Below, piece by piece: positions 17,791 through 27,532 of a DNA stretch of 32,654 bases (the stretch's first letter is position 1; each line of letters starts with the position of its first letter). A program made the translations under genes and the position numbers. Below the pieces are notes generated by a model. It saw only the letters and a list, made by a program, of their open reading frames with translations, was not told the DNA's origin and did not search any database. Source of the DNA: an uncultured Anaerococcus sp. (GTDB taxonomy: Bacteria > Bacillota > Clostridia > Tissierellales > Peptoniphilaceae); assembly GCA_900550345.1 (NCBI GenBank), contig URRX01000001.1, positions 1 to 32,654 of the forward strand, given 5' to 3'.

Positions 17791-18408
17791 ATGAAAATGT
17801 TAAAAAAATTTTTTGAAAATGTAAAAAATCCTAAAAATAATTTCGGTGGTCGTTTCATGGTGAAAGGAATGAACGTTGGCCACGAAAAATTGGCGAAATG
17901 GGGCAGATCCTTTCTGCATATTAAAACCTCGGATGTAGTTTTAGATCTAGGATGTGGTGGTGGACGTAATGTTCAATACTTCTTAACAAAGGCTAAAAAA
18001 GTATATGGAATGGACTACTCTAAAACAAGTGTAGATATAGCAAGTTCAGTAAATAGCGAAGCTATAAGAGATGGCAGGTGTAAAATTATTGAAGCAGACG
18101 TGGCTAAGTTACCTTTTGAAGATGAATCCATAGATATAGTAACTGCCTTTGAAACCATTTATTTTTGGAAGAATATAGAAGTATCTTTTAGGGAAATTCA
18201 TCGTGTACTAATTAAGGACGGTCAGTTTCTAATATGCAACGAAGGAGCATATAGAGAACATAAAAATATAAAAAAATGGGCGGATATGCTAGATTTTGAA
18301 GTTTATTCTCCCGAATATCTCACAGAAACATTGAATAAGATAGGATTTAAATGCGAATACCATCTGGACGAGGAAGATCATCTAGTATTTTTAGCTAGAA
18401 AATTATAA
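17791..18408 (+). CDS. Class I SAM-dependent methyltransferase
   Basis: VLDLGCGGG, GMDYS, LPFEDESID.VTAFETIYFW, HRVL..DG. Start may be ATG 17797. Confidence 0.92.
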   Translation: MKMLKKFFENVKNPKNNFGGRFMVKGMNVGHEKLAKWGRSFLHIKTSDVVLDLGCGGGRNVQYFLTKAKKVYGMDYSKTSVDIASSVNSEAIRDGRCKIIEADVAKLPFEDESIDIVTAFETIYFWKNIEVSFREIHRVLIKDGQFLICNEGAYREHKNIKKWADMLDFEVYSPEYLTETLNKIGFKCEYHLDEEDHLVFLARKL

Positions 18409-18492
18409 AAAAATTTGTGAATAATGAAAAATAAATTTTAAGGAGAAGTAGAGAAAAAATCTGCTTCTTTTTTTATTGCAAGGAGGATTAGA

Positions 18493-19227
18493 ATGGCAAT
18501 AAACAAAAGATATTATTGGATAAAATTAAAAGAAGAATTTTTCACAGACAAAAGGATAAAAAGATTAAGAAGAATATCGGGAGGAGATACCTACACGATA
18601 ATCTATCTAAAACTTTTATTACTAAGTCTAAAAGATGAGGGCAAACTCTATTATGATGGAGTAGAAAGTGATTTTATAAAAGAGTTAGCACTAACCATAG
18701 ATGAAACAGACGATGATGTAATGGTTACAGTTAATTATTTAATCAATCAAGGCTTACTAGAAGTTGTAACAGAAAATGATGAATACTATTTAACAGAAAT
18801 ACCAAACTTAATCGGATCAGAAACAGCATGGGCAGAGAAAAAAAGAAGATACAGACAAAATAAACAGAGGACATTGTCCTTAATGAGTCCAACACATGTC
18901 CGACAAGAGATAGAGATAGAGAAAGATATAGAGATAGATAAAGAGAGAGAGGGAGAGATAGAAACAGATAAAAAGTCCACCCCCATCTTTTATGGAGAAT
19001 TCAAAAATGTAAGGCTAAGCAAAGAAGAATATAAAAATCTAAAAGAAAAACTAAACTCACACACAGAAATAATGATAAATAAACTATCAAGATACATGAA
19101 AAGCAGTGGAAAGACCTATCAAAACCACTATGCAACAATCTTAAATTGGTATGAAGGAGATAAAGATAAACTAACACAGAAAGGTTTAAATAAAAAAATG
19201 AACTATGATGTAGGAGAATCTTTATAG
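18493..19227 (+). CDS. Phage replisome organizer N-terminal domain protein
   Basis: YYWIKLKEEFF, IYLKLLLLSL, GSET.WAEKKRRYR, (EI)n linker encoded by GAGATA repeats. Confidence 0.88.
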   Translation: MAINKRYYWIKLKEEFFTDKRIKRLRRISGGDTYTIIYLKLLLLSLKDEGKLYYDGVESDFIKELALTIDETDDDVMVTVNYLINQGLLEVVTENDEYYLTEIPNLIGSETAWAEKKRRYRQNKQRTLSLMSPTHVRQEIEIEKDIEIDKEREGEIETDKKSTPIFYGEFKNVRLSKEEYKNLKEKLNSHTEIMINKLSRYMKSSGKTYQNHYATILNWYEGDKDKLTQKGLNKKMNYDVGESL

Positions 19228-19364
19228 ATAAAAAAGAGGTGGAAAGGTACTATTAAAGACTTTAAGTCTAAAAGGTATCAAAGTATGCCAGAGATAAAAA
19301 AATATAAATATGACACTTTAAAGGCGATTAGAAAATTAAAGAAAAGCCAGAAGACTTTTAGATG
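19188..19364 (+). repeat. 177-bp direct repeat, left copy (partner 26794-26970)
   Basis: AAATAAAAAAATGAACTATGATGTAGG...GACTTTTAGATG is present twice, with scattered substitutions and compensating 1-bp indels. Confidence 0.92.
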
Positions 19365-19469
19365 TAAATGTCAACCCCAAAATGGTCCACAGTTATTATC
19401 GGAAAGTGGTCCACATATAGTAAAAAATTGATCACATATCTCTTTCCCCTAGGGGAAAGGCATTTTACA
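19363..19469 (+). mobile_element. Orphan IS21-family-like end
   Basis: TGTAAATGTCAA terminus followed by repeated AAAATGGTCCACA / AAAGTGGTCCACA / AAATTGATCACA motifs. No transposase. Confidence 0.5.
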
Positions 19470-19567
19470 CAGTCTCTTACAAAAATTTAAAGACCATCAT
19501 ATTTTATTTAAAATTTATGACAGAATAATTTTTTTCGACTAGACGATAAAAAAAAAAGATGATATAT

Positions 19568-19582
19568 TGATATTGATTATCA
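19568..19582. promoter_or_regulatory. Fur-family 7-1-7 box upstream of the ABC/ECF operon
   Basis: TGATATT-G-ATTATCA, one mismatch to consensus, 25 bp before the ATG. Confidence 0.6.
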
Positions 19583-19607
19583 AATAGCACATAGAAAGAA
19601 GGTTAAT

Positions 19608-21356
19608 ATGAAACTTTATAAGAAATTATTTTCCTATATGCCTGAAAGAAAAATCCATGGAATACTTGCGGCGATGCTAGCTGTAGTTGGGAATTTGCTA
19701 CAGTTCTATGCTTATTATTTAATTTGGATTTTGCTTAGAGATGTATTTTGTGGAGAAGATTTAATAAACCTTAAGATTTTCTCTATAAAAATTCTAGTCC
19801 TCTTTGCCAGCTGTAGTATCTTCTACTTTGGTGGAACATGGATGAGTCACTTAGCTGGATTTAGACTTGAAACTAGGCTTCGTGAAAAAGGACTTAGGCA
19901 CCTACTTAGAGCTTCAAATACTTTTTTTGACACCCATAACTCTGGTGAGGTAAGAAAGATAATCGACAACAATGTGGAACAAACACACATGATTGTCGCC
20001 CACCTCATAACAGATCAAACTATGGCAGCTTTAACTCCTATACTCATGATAGCCTTGACCTTTGCAATTGACATCTATCTTGGAATATTTTTTGTAATCA
20101 TCATTCTACTCAGTATGTACTTACTCTACAAAATGATAGGAGACCAATCATTTATGAAGAAGTACATGGAGAAGCTAGATGAAATGAATGCTGGGGCTGT
20201 GGAATATGTAAGAGGAATGCCGGTTGTGAAGATTTTTAACACGCCACTAATCGGTTTTACAAAACTTTACGACTCAATCATGGTCTATAAGGACATGGTC
20301 TACAAATATTCGATGTCCTGCAGGATTCCCTATGTCCTTTTCCAATGGCTTTTAAATATTTTTATAATCACGCCAGTCTTTCTAGCGATATTTATGGTTT
20401 CAAAAGGACAAGATCCTAATATCTGGTCAGCAAAAATTCTATTTTTCACTTTATTTATGGGATTATTTTTCGTAGATCTAATGAAGATTATGTATGTTTC
20501 CATGTATGTTTTTCAAGCTAACTCTGCTGTAGATAATCTTGAAAATCTGTTCACAGAGATGAAAGAAAAAGAAATAGTTTTTGGTACACAAAAAGATTTA
20601 CAAAAGAAGAATATAATCTTTAAAAATGTTGATTTTTCATACGATGACAAGAATAAGATTTTACATAATTTTTCTTTAAATCTTGACGAGAACAAAGTAT
20701 ATGCTCTTGTAGGTAGCTCTGGATCTGGTAAGTCTACCATTGCTAAGTTAATCTCTGGACTATATCCTGTGGATTCTGGAGAAATTTTAATCGGCGACAG
20801 AAATATTTCTTCCTACGATGGAGAAAGCTTGATGAAAAATATCGGTATAGTTTTTCAAAATCCTAAACTATTCCAAGGAATTTCGATTTTTGAAAATGTA
20901 AAACTCGCAAATAAAGATGCAGATGATGAAGAGGTCTACAAAGCCTTAAAGCTTGCCCGCTGTGATGACTTTATAGATAAGTTCAAAGACAAGTACGATG
21001 CTATAATAGGTGCTGAAGGGATAAATCTATCTGGTGGCGAGAAACAGAGAATCTCCATTGCGAGAATATTTTTGAAAGATCCAAAGATAATTATCCTTGA
21101 TGAAGCTTCTGCTGCTGCAGATCCAGAAAATGAATATGAATTACAGATTGCCTTTAAGGAACTCATAAAAGATAGGACGACAATTATGATTGCTCATAGG
21201 CTTTCTTCGATTCGTGGAGTGGACGAAATTCTACTGGTTGAAGATGGAAAAATTCTAGAGAGAGGAAGCCACGATGAACTTATGAAGGAAGACAGCAGGT
21301 ATAAGAAGTTTATCGAAATGTACAATGAAGCAAATGAATGGAGGGTTGATCTATGA
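19608..21356 (+). CDS. ABC transporter permease/ATPase fusion (YbtP/IrtA-like half)
   Basis: TM domain, EYVRGMPVVKIF, GSSGSGKST, LSGGEKQR, LDEA. Confidence 0.9.
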   Translation: MKLYKKLFSYMPERKIHGILAAMLAVVGNLLQFYAYYLIWILLRDVFCGEDLINLKIFSIKILVLFASCSIFYFGGTWMSHLAGFRLETRLREKGLRHLLRASNTFFDTHNSGEVRKIIDNNVEQTHMIVAHLITDQTMAALTPILMIALTFAIDIYLGIFFVIIILLSMYLLYKMIGDQSFMKKYMEKLDEMNAGAVEYVRGMPVVKIFNTPLIGFTKLYDSIMVYKDMVYKYSMSCRIPYVLFQWLLNIFIITPVFLAIFMVSKGQDPNIWSAKILFFTLFMGLFFVDLMKIMYVSMYVFQANSAVDNLENLFTEMKEKEIVFGTQKDLQKKNIIFKNVDFSYDDKNKILHNFSLNLDENKVYALVGSSGSGKSTIAKLISGLYPVDSGEILIGDRNISSYDGESLMKNIGIVFQNPKLFQGISIFENVKLANKDADDEEVYKALKLARCDDFIDKFKDKYDAIIGAEGINLSGGEKQRISIARIFLKDPKIIILDEASAAADPENEYELQIAFKELIKDRTTIMIAHRLSSIRGVDEILLVEDGKILERGSHDELMKEDSRYKKFIEMYNEANEWRVDL

Positions 21357-23074
21357 AAAACTATTTAAAAGATAGATTTGCACTTACGGACAAAGGTGCA
21401 GAAGGAACCATCGTTGCGATTAAATATTCTACCTTAAAGAATCTGTCCTACATGCTTCCTATGTTTCTTCTTATGTATGTCATGCAAGGTCTCTTGGGTC
21501 TAGGCAAGTTTAATCTCAAGATTTCGGTGGTTTTATATATAGTAATTGCTCTTATAATGATTTTCGTAATAAATAAAGATTACATTACAACCTATAATGA
21601 AACCTATAAAGAATCTGCAAATTTAAGGATTGAACTTTCTGAAATAATAAAAGATCTTCCCCTTAGTTTCTATTCAAAAAGAGATTTAACTGATTTTTCT
21701 CAAACGATTATGAAGGATGTAGAGGCAATGGAGCATGGTCTTTCTCATGCAGTTTCAGGTTTTTATGGCTTTATAATAAACCTAGTTATTATTTCCATTT
21801 TGTTGCTAATTGGAAATGTAAAGCTTGGTCTTGCAGTTATAGCTCCAATTTATATTTCTGCTATTTTGAATTTGACTTCCACCAAAATCCAAAAGAAGGC
21901 GACGGCGACCTACTACAAAGAACAGAGAAAGTCTTCGAAGATGTTCCAAGAACTAATAGATCTATCCACTGAAATCAAATCCTACAATTTGACTGAAGAA
22001 AAGGAAAAAAGTGGCATTGACTTTGTTAGGTCCTTAGAAAAGAAACACATTAAGTCAGAACTGGGACAAGTTATCCCCATTGTTTCTGCAACAGTTGTGG
22101 CAAACTTATCCCTAGCCCTTGCAATATATGTTGGATTAAATAGCTTGATAAATGGAGAAATAAATATCTTGTATTTTGCAGGCTACCTATTTGCTTCAGC
22201 AAGATTAATTGATGGAGTTGCTGCCTTTAACCAATTTTATGGAGAGTTAATGTACATGGATTCTCCAATAGAAAAGATAAAGGCACTTAGATCAGAAGAA
22301 ATCCAACCGGGAAGAGAAACAGAATTTAAATCATTTGATATAGAAGGAAAAAATGTAGAATTTTCTTATCTCGATGACAAAAAAGTCATAGATAATATTT
22401 CATTCAAGGCTTTGCAGGGAAAAACTACTGCTCTTGTTGGTCCATCTGGTTGCGGGAAGTCCACTCTAATAAAATTGGTGGCAAGGCTCTATGATTATGA
22501 CAGAGGAGAAATCTCAATAGATGAAAAAGAGATAAATAAGGCGAGGACAGAAGATTTATTTAAACATATTTCCATGGTGTTCCAAGATGTAATTCTATTT
22601 AACGGTTCTGTAATGGAAAATATAAGGCTCGGTAGACCTACTGCAAGTGATAAAGAAGTGCTAGAAGCTGCAAAGCTCGCTAGCTGTGACGAATTTGTAA
22701 AGAAACTTGAGAATGGATACGATACGGAGATAGGCGAAAATGGATCTAACTTATCTGGAGGAGAGAGACAGAGAATATCCATAGCAAGAGCCTTTTTAAA
22801 GGATGCAGAAATAATCCTACTAGATGAAATTGCGGCATCACTTGATGTGGAAAATGAAAAATATATCCAAGAATCTCTAAATAAATTAATTAAAAATAAG
22901 ACGGTGATGATAGTTTCCCATAGGATGAAATCAATAAGAAATGTAGATCAAATCATAGTTATGAAAGATGGAAAGATAGAAGATTTTGGAAAACATGATG
23001 AACTTTTAAAAAGTAGCAAAACCTACCAAAAGATGATTGAATCATCTAAAAAATCTGAAGAATTTATATATTAA
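21353..23074 (+). CDS. ABC transporter permease/ATPase fusion (YbtQ/IrtB-like half)
   Basis: TM domain, GPSGCGKST, LSGGERQR, LLDE. 4-bp overlap with its partner. Confidence 0.9.
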   Translation: MKNYLKDRFALTDKGAEGTIVAIKYSTLKNLSYMLPMFLLMYVMQGLLGLGKFNLKISVVLYIVIALIMIFVINKDYITTYNETYKESANLRIELSEIIKDLPLSFYSKRDLTDFSQTIMKDVEAMEHGLSHAVSGFYGFIINLVIISILLLIGNVKLGLAVIAPIYISAILNLTSTKIQKKATATYYKEQRKSSKMFQELIDLSTEIKSYNLTEEKEKSGIDFVRSLEKKHIKSELGQVIPIVSATVVANLSLALAIYVGLNSLINGEINILYFAGYLFASARLIDGVAAFNQFYGELMYMDSPIEKIKALRSEEIQPGRETEFKSFDIEGKNVEFSYLDDKKVIDNISFKALQGKTTALVGPSGCGKSTLIKLVARLYDYDRGEISIDEKEINKARTEDLFKHISMVFQDVILFNGSVMENIRLGRPTASDKEVLEAAKLASCDEFVKKLENGYDTEIGENGSNLSGGERQRISIARAFLKDAEIILLDEIAASLDVENEKYIQESLNKLIKNKTVMIVSHRMKSIRNVDQIIVMKDGKIEDFGKHDELLKSSKTYQKMIESSKKSEEFIY

Positions 23075-23084
23075 GGAGGAAAAA

Positions 23085-23666
23085 ATGAATAAATTTGGAA
23101 TTCGAGATTTAATAAATGCAGGAGTATTTTCACTATTAATTGTAATGACAACCTGGTGTGGAGGTATGATAGGTTTTATACCTGTCCTTATGCCACTAGT
23201 TCCATTTGCTTGCGGTTTAGTTTCAGGACCAGTATTTATGCTTTATTCAACAAAGATAGATAAATTTGGAATGGTCTTAATCATGGGAATAGTATTTGGA
23301 CTTACATTTTCAATGTCAGGTCATGGAACGATAGTTTTTCCTGGAATAGTTGCCTTATCCTTAATTTGTGAGATGATATTAAAAAAGGGAGGCTATAAAT
23401 CAATAAAAACTGCAAGACTAACCTATACAGTCTTTATGATGTTTGCAGCTGTAAATTTAATACCAATTTATTTTGCTAGAGATGCCTATTTACAATCCTT
23501 AATCGACAGAAATTATGGGGCTGAATATGCAGAAAAATTACTATCTGTTATGCCAAACTGGTCCTTTATACCTATAGTCCTACTTGGTATGTTAGGTGGA
23601 TATATAGGATGTACCATTGGAATTAAAATCTTAAATAAACATTTTAAAAAAGCGGGAATGGCTTAA
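23085..23666 (+). CDS. MptD-family putative ECF S component
   Basis: MNKFGIRDLINAGVF, GP.FML..TK..KFG, KHFKKAG C-terminus. Start at ATG 23085 after AAGGAGG. Confidence 0.85.
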   Translation: MNKFGIRDLINAGVFSLLIVMTTWCGGMIGFIPVLMPLVPFACGLVSGPVFMLYSTKIDKFGMVLIMGIVFGLTFSMSGHGTIVFPGIVALSLICEMILKKGGYKSIKTARLTYTVFMMFAAVNLIPIYFARDAYLQSLIDRNYGAEYAEKLLSVMPNWSFIPIVLLGMLGGYIGCTIGIKILNKHFKKAGMA

Positions 23667-24361
23667 TGAAAATTGATTTTAGGACAAAATTATTTTTGAC
23701 AATCATCATAGGATTATCTGCCACAGAAGGCTCCATCGGTATGAATTATAAATACCTTGGAATTTTGTTAGCTATATTTCCATACCTACTTGCAATCCTA
23801 GATAAAAAATGGTCCCTTATTGGTAAGGGACTTTTTTATACTGGGATAGCGGTAGTAGGACAGATAGTAGCATCCAAGTATCCAAATTCTTATTTAGGGA
23901 TGGTTTTTAATCTCTACTGCGGAATAATACTTAAAATACTTCCCGGAGTGATGATGGGTTACTACACTGTGACAACTACTAAGATGAGCGATCTCGTCTA
24001 TTCACTAAAGAAAATCAAATTTCCAGACTATATAATCATACCAATTTCTGTAATGTTTAGATTTTTCTATTCTATAAAAGAAGATTACAAAATCATCGGA
24101 GAAGCTATGTACATGCATGGACTTACGATGAAAAACTTCTTTAAAAATCCGGCGAAGATACTGGAATATAGATTTGTGCCATTACTTATGATTGTATCTC
24201 AAACAGCGGACAATGTTGCGATATCTGCCATGACAAGAGGCATGAAAATGAATAAAGAGAGGTCTTCCATATCATGTGCAAGGCTTAAAACGGCGGACTA
24301 TGTCCTACTTAGTTTCGGAATTTATATAATAATATTATTTATAAGGATAAAAATATGCTAG
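23666..24361 (+). CDS. ECF transporter transmembrane component T
   Basis: DFRTKL, SVMFRF, AMYMHG and AMTRG coupling-helix motifs. Confidence 0.88.
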   Translation: MKIDFRTKLFLTIIIGLSATEGSIGMNYKYLGILLAIFPYLLAILDKKWSLIGKGLFYTGIAVVGQIVASKYPNSYLGMVFNLYCGIILKILPGVMMGYYTVTTTKMSDLVYSLKKIKFPDYIIIPISVMFRFFYSIKEDYKIIGEAMYMHGLTMKNFFKNPAKILEYRFVPLLMIVSQTADNVAISAMTRGMKMNKERSSISCARLKTADYVLLSFGIYIIILFIRIKIC

Positions 24362-25746
24362 AATTTAAGAATTTTTCTCTTTCATTCAAAGAAGATGAGG
24401 GAGAAAATAGAATACTTGAAGATATAAATTTAAAATTTGAAAAGGGATCTATAAATGTCATCACAGGCAGATCTGGATGTGGTAAATCATCTCTAATCAA
24501 GACTATAAATGGAATTATACCAGAAGTTGATATGGCAAAGATGGAAGGGGATCTTTTATTTGATGGAGAAAGTATTTTGAAGTTGGATATAACCGACAGA
24601 TCAAAATTCATCTCAACAGTCTTTCAAAATCCAAAAAATCAATTCTACGCCATTAATTCCCTAGATGAAATCGCATTTGCCCTAGAAAACAGGAATGTTT
24701 CTAGGGATAAAATTTATGAAAAGATAGAATATTTTTCAAAACTACTAAATAGTCAGGATCTTTTAGGCAATGATTTATTCAAACTATCAGGAGGGCAGAA
24801 ACAGCTAATAGCCATAAATTCTGTGGCGGTTATGGACAATGAAATATATATTTTCGACGAACCATCCGCATCCTTAGACAGAGAATCCATAGAAAAATTG
24901 ACCCACTGCCTAGAGGTTTTAAAATCCTTGGGCAAGATAATAATCATCGCTGAGCATAGACTCTACTATTTAAAAGAAATAATGGACAGACTACTTGTAA
25001 TTGAAAATCGGAAAATTTTATCCTATAGTAAAGATAGAATCTCAGAAGAAATACTTGAAAAGCACAGACTTAGAACCCTTAAAGACATAGAAAAAGAAGA
25101 ACTTATAAGTAAAAGCTACGAAGTGAAGAACCTATTCGACCACAGTTTCGATGAAGAAAAATCACTTGTATGTAGAGATTTTTCCTGCCAATATGAAAAA
25201 AATCCCAAGCTATTTGATTTTTCAATGAGCTTTGATCCGGGAATATATTTCATAATAGGAGCAAATGGAATTGGTAAATCTTCATTTATAAGAAATCTTT
25301 GCGGTCTTAATAAGAAGCAAAAGGGCGAAGTATTTTACAAAAATAGAAGAATAAAAAACCATGGAGACTATATTTCTCTAGTGATGCAGGATGTCAATTA
25401 TCAGCTATTTACAGAATCCGTTTTAACGGAGATGAAAATAGTAACAGATGACGAAAAAAAGATTGAAGAAATATTAAAGAAACTAGAGCTCTGGGATAGG
25501 AGAGAAAGCCACCCACAGAAGTTATCTGGAGGAGAAAAACAAAGACTCGCTCTGGGACTAGCAATGGCAAGTCCAAAGGAAATCGTGGTGCTTGACGAAC
25601 CTACATCTGGACTGTGTTTTGAAAATATGAAAAGACTAATTGGAATATTAAAAGGGATGAAAGATGAAGGAAAGACAATAATCGTCATAAGCCATGACTA
25701 TGAATTTATAAAAAATTCGAAAGAAAATATAGTGGAGTTTGTATGA
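24355..25746 (+). CDS. ECF transporter ATPase with two fused ABC domains
   Basis: GRSGCGKS...LSGGQKQ...DEP and GANGIGKS...LSGGEKQR...DEPTSGL. Confidence 0.9.
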   Translation: MLEFKNFSLSFKEDEGENRILEDINLKFEKGSINVITGRSGCGKSSLIKTINGIIPEVDMAKMEGDLLFDGESILKLDITDRSKFISTVFQNPKNQFYAINSLDEIAFALENRNVSRDKIYEKIEYFSKLLNSQDLLGNDLFKLSGGQKQLIAINSVAVMDNEIYIFDEPSASLDRESIEKLTHCLEVLKSLGKIIIIAEHRLYYLKEIMDRLLVIENRKILSYSKDRISEEILEKHRLRTLKDIEKEELISKSYEVKNLFDHSFDEEKSLVCRDFSCQYEKNPKLFDFSMSFDPGIYFIIGANGIGKSSFIRNLCGLNKKQKGEVFYKNRRIKNHGDYISLVMQDVNYQLFTESVLTEMKIVTDDEKKIEEILKKLELWDRRESHPQKLSGGEKQRLALGLAMASPKEIVVLDEPTSGLCFENMKRLIGILKGMKDEGKTIIVISHDYEFIKNSKENIVEFV

Positions 25747-26675
25747 AAGAGAATAGACTTAAATCTTGGGGGTTCGAAGAATTTCCCACAGAGGATCCTA
25801 GAATTATAAATTATATAGGCTTAGAAAGCCCTGAAAATAAGATGACCTCTTACGAAATATTTCCGGGGGTCTTTGTACTCTACATCAGTCTAAAGAAGAA
25901 ATACAACGCCCATAACTCTTCTACGGAGGGAAATAGAGGCTATAGGATAGGATACTGCTATGAAGGCAATCATTTCACTTACATAAACAATAGCAAAGTT
26001 CTCATAACTACAAATGAAATATTCGTAGGAAGATCAATACCAAATTCAAAATTTTCTTCCACAACAAGTCATCGAACCACGGCATTTAACATAGTAATAG
26101 CAGATAAAATCTTGGATAAAAATTCCCCCTACTTTCCATACATTGGAGAATTTATATATAAATTTAAAAATGTAAAAGACATGGGATGTGCCATTAAAAA
26201 CGAAGATTTGGTAAAACTTGCAAATGAATTAATTCAAGCACTTAAAGAAAGGGATATGCTATTTATAAAATTAAAATCCTTGGAACTCATATATAGAATA
26301 GGAAAAGTTGGCATAAATCCAAGTAAGACCAATTATTTCACGCCCGGAGGGGATAAACTAATGGAAGAAGTAGAGAAATATATGAAAGAAAACCTGGATA
26401 AAAATCTAAACTTAGATCATCTAGCGAAAAAATTTAAAATATCAAAATCTACTCTAAACACAAAGTTCACAAGATCCTTCCAATACACACCGATGAAGTA
26501 TATCCAAAGGTTAAAACTAATATATTCAGAAGATTTGCTTATAAACACAGATAAATCCATACTAGAAATAAGCAATGATCTAAACTTTCAGAATCCATCT
26601 AACTTCAACAGAGCATTCAAAGATTTCACAGGACTTAGTCCTAGCCAATATAGAAAACAAAACGAACCTGAATAA
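25743..26675 (+). CDS. AraC-family transcriptional regulator
   Basis: C-terminal double HTH (SILEISNDLNFQNPSNFNRAFKDFTGLSPSQYR). Confidence 0.92.
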   Translation: MKENRLKSWGFEEFPTEDPRIINYIGLESPENKMTSYEIFPGVFVLYISLKKKYNAHNSSTEGNRGYRIGYCYEGNHFTYINNSKVLITTNEIFVGRSIPNSKFSSTTSHRTTAFNIVIADKILDKNSPYFPYIGEFIYKFKNVKDMGCAIKNEDLVKLANELIQALKERDMLFIKLKSLELIYRIGKVGINPSKTNYFTPGGDKLMEEVEKYMKENLDKNLNLDHLAKKFKISKSTLNTKFTRSFQYTPMKYIQRLKLIYSEDLLINTDKSILEISNDLNFQNPSNFNRAFKDFTGLSPSQYRKQNEPE

Positions 26676-26694
26676 TAAAATTTAGGTTCGTTTT
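26659..26694 (+). terminator. Hairpin overlapping the araC stop
   Basis: AAAACGAACCTGAA / TTTAGGTTCGTTTT inverted repeat. Confidence 0.65.
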
Positions 26695-26793
26695 AGATTT
26701 TTCATAACAGAATCCAAAAAATCTCATCTATTTTTTATTTCTAAATATAAAATGGTATAAAGAAGATAAAGATAAATTAAGACATCAAGGAGG

Positions 26794-26970
26794 AAATAAA
26801 AAAATGAACTATGATGTAGGAGAATCTTTATAGGTAAAAAGAGGTGGAAAGGCATTATTAAAGACTTTAAGTCTAAAAAGGTATAAAAGTATGCCAGAGA
26901 TAAAAAAATATAAATATGATACTTAAAAGGCGATTAGAAAATTAAAGAAATGCTAGAAGACTTTTAGATG
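26794..26970 (+). repeat. 177-bp direct repeat, right copy (partner 19188-19364)
   Basis: See the left copy. It includes the last 9 codons of the replisome organizer (MNYDVGESL*). Confidence 0.92.
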
Positions 26971-27532
26971 ACAGTTACCAAGAGGGTCTAATTTTCACTG
27001 CTACTCATGCAGTGGGAATTGGACCTTTTTACATAAGCAAATTCTATTTCAAAATTGGTTACCAAGAAATACTTCTTTTCACTGTTAAGTATAAGAGAGT
27101 AATTTATAGAATCTTGTTTCGTCAAGATAAATATTTTCTGAGGATCAAATTTTAAAAAGATTAATAGCTCTCGATAAATTTTGAACCTTAACAATTGAAT
27201 AGACCAAGACAAGACGTTAATTATTTTTGGAGCGTAATAACCTATCCGTCAAGATCTTTCTGCTGAATAATTCGGCATAATAAGTACTGCTAAGCTAAAA
27301 GCAAGGGGAGAAGAAAGAGAGCGATAAGTAAGAGTTTGAATATAGGGAGGGATACCCTATCCGCTATGAAGAAAATGAGGATAATGATACTTCTAAGGTT
27401 GAAGCCGGCTCATCCGGAATAGAGGCGGAGGTGAGATTCCTATGTTGCTAATCCAAAGCACTTGTCAATGTCGTAAAACTTAATTAAACAAATAATTATT
27501 AGATATAAAACTTTAGAGAGAGGAGGTATATA

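Noticed and set aside
26971..27212. Minus-strand 74-aa ORF and a start-less plus-strand open frame
   Set aside because: No RBS or recognisable motif. Possibly a decayed gene fragment, but it cannot be assigned.
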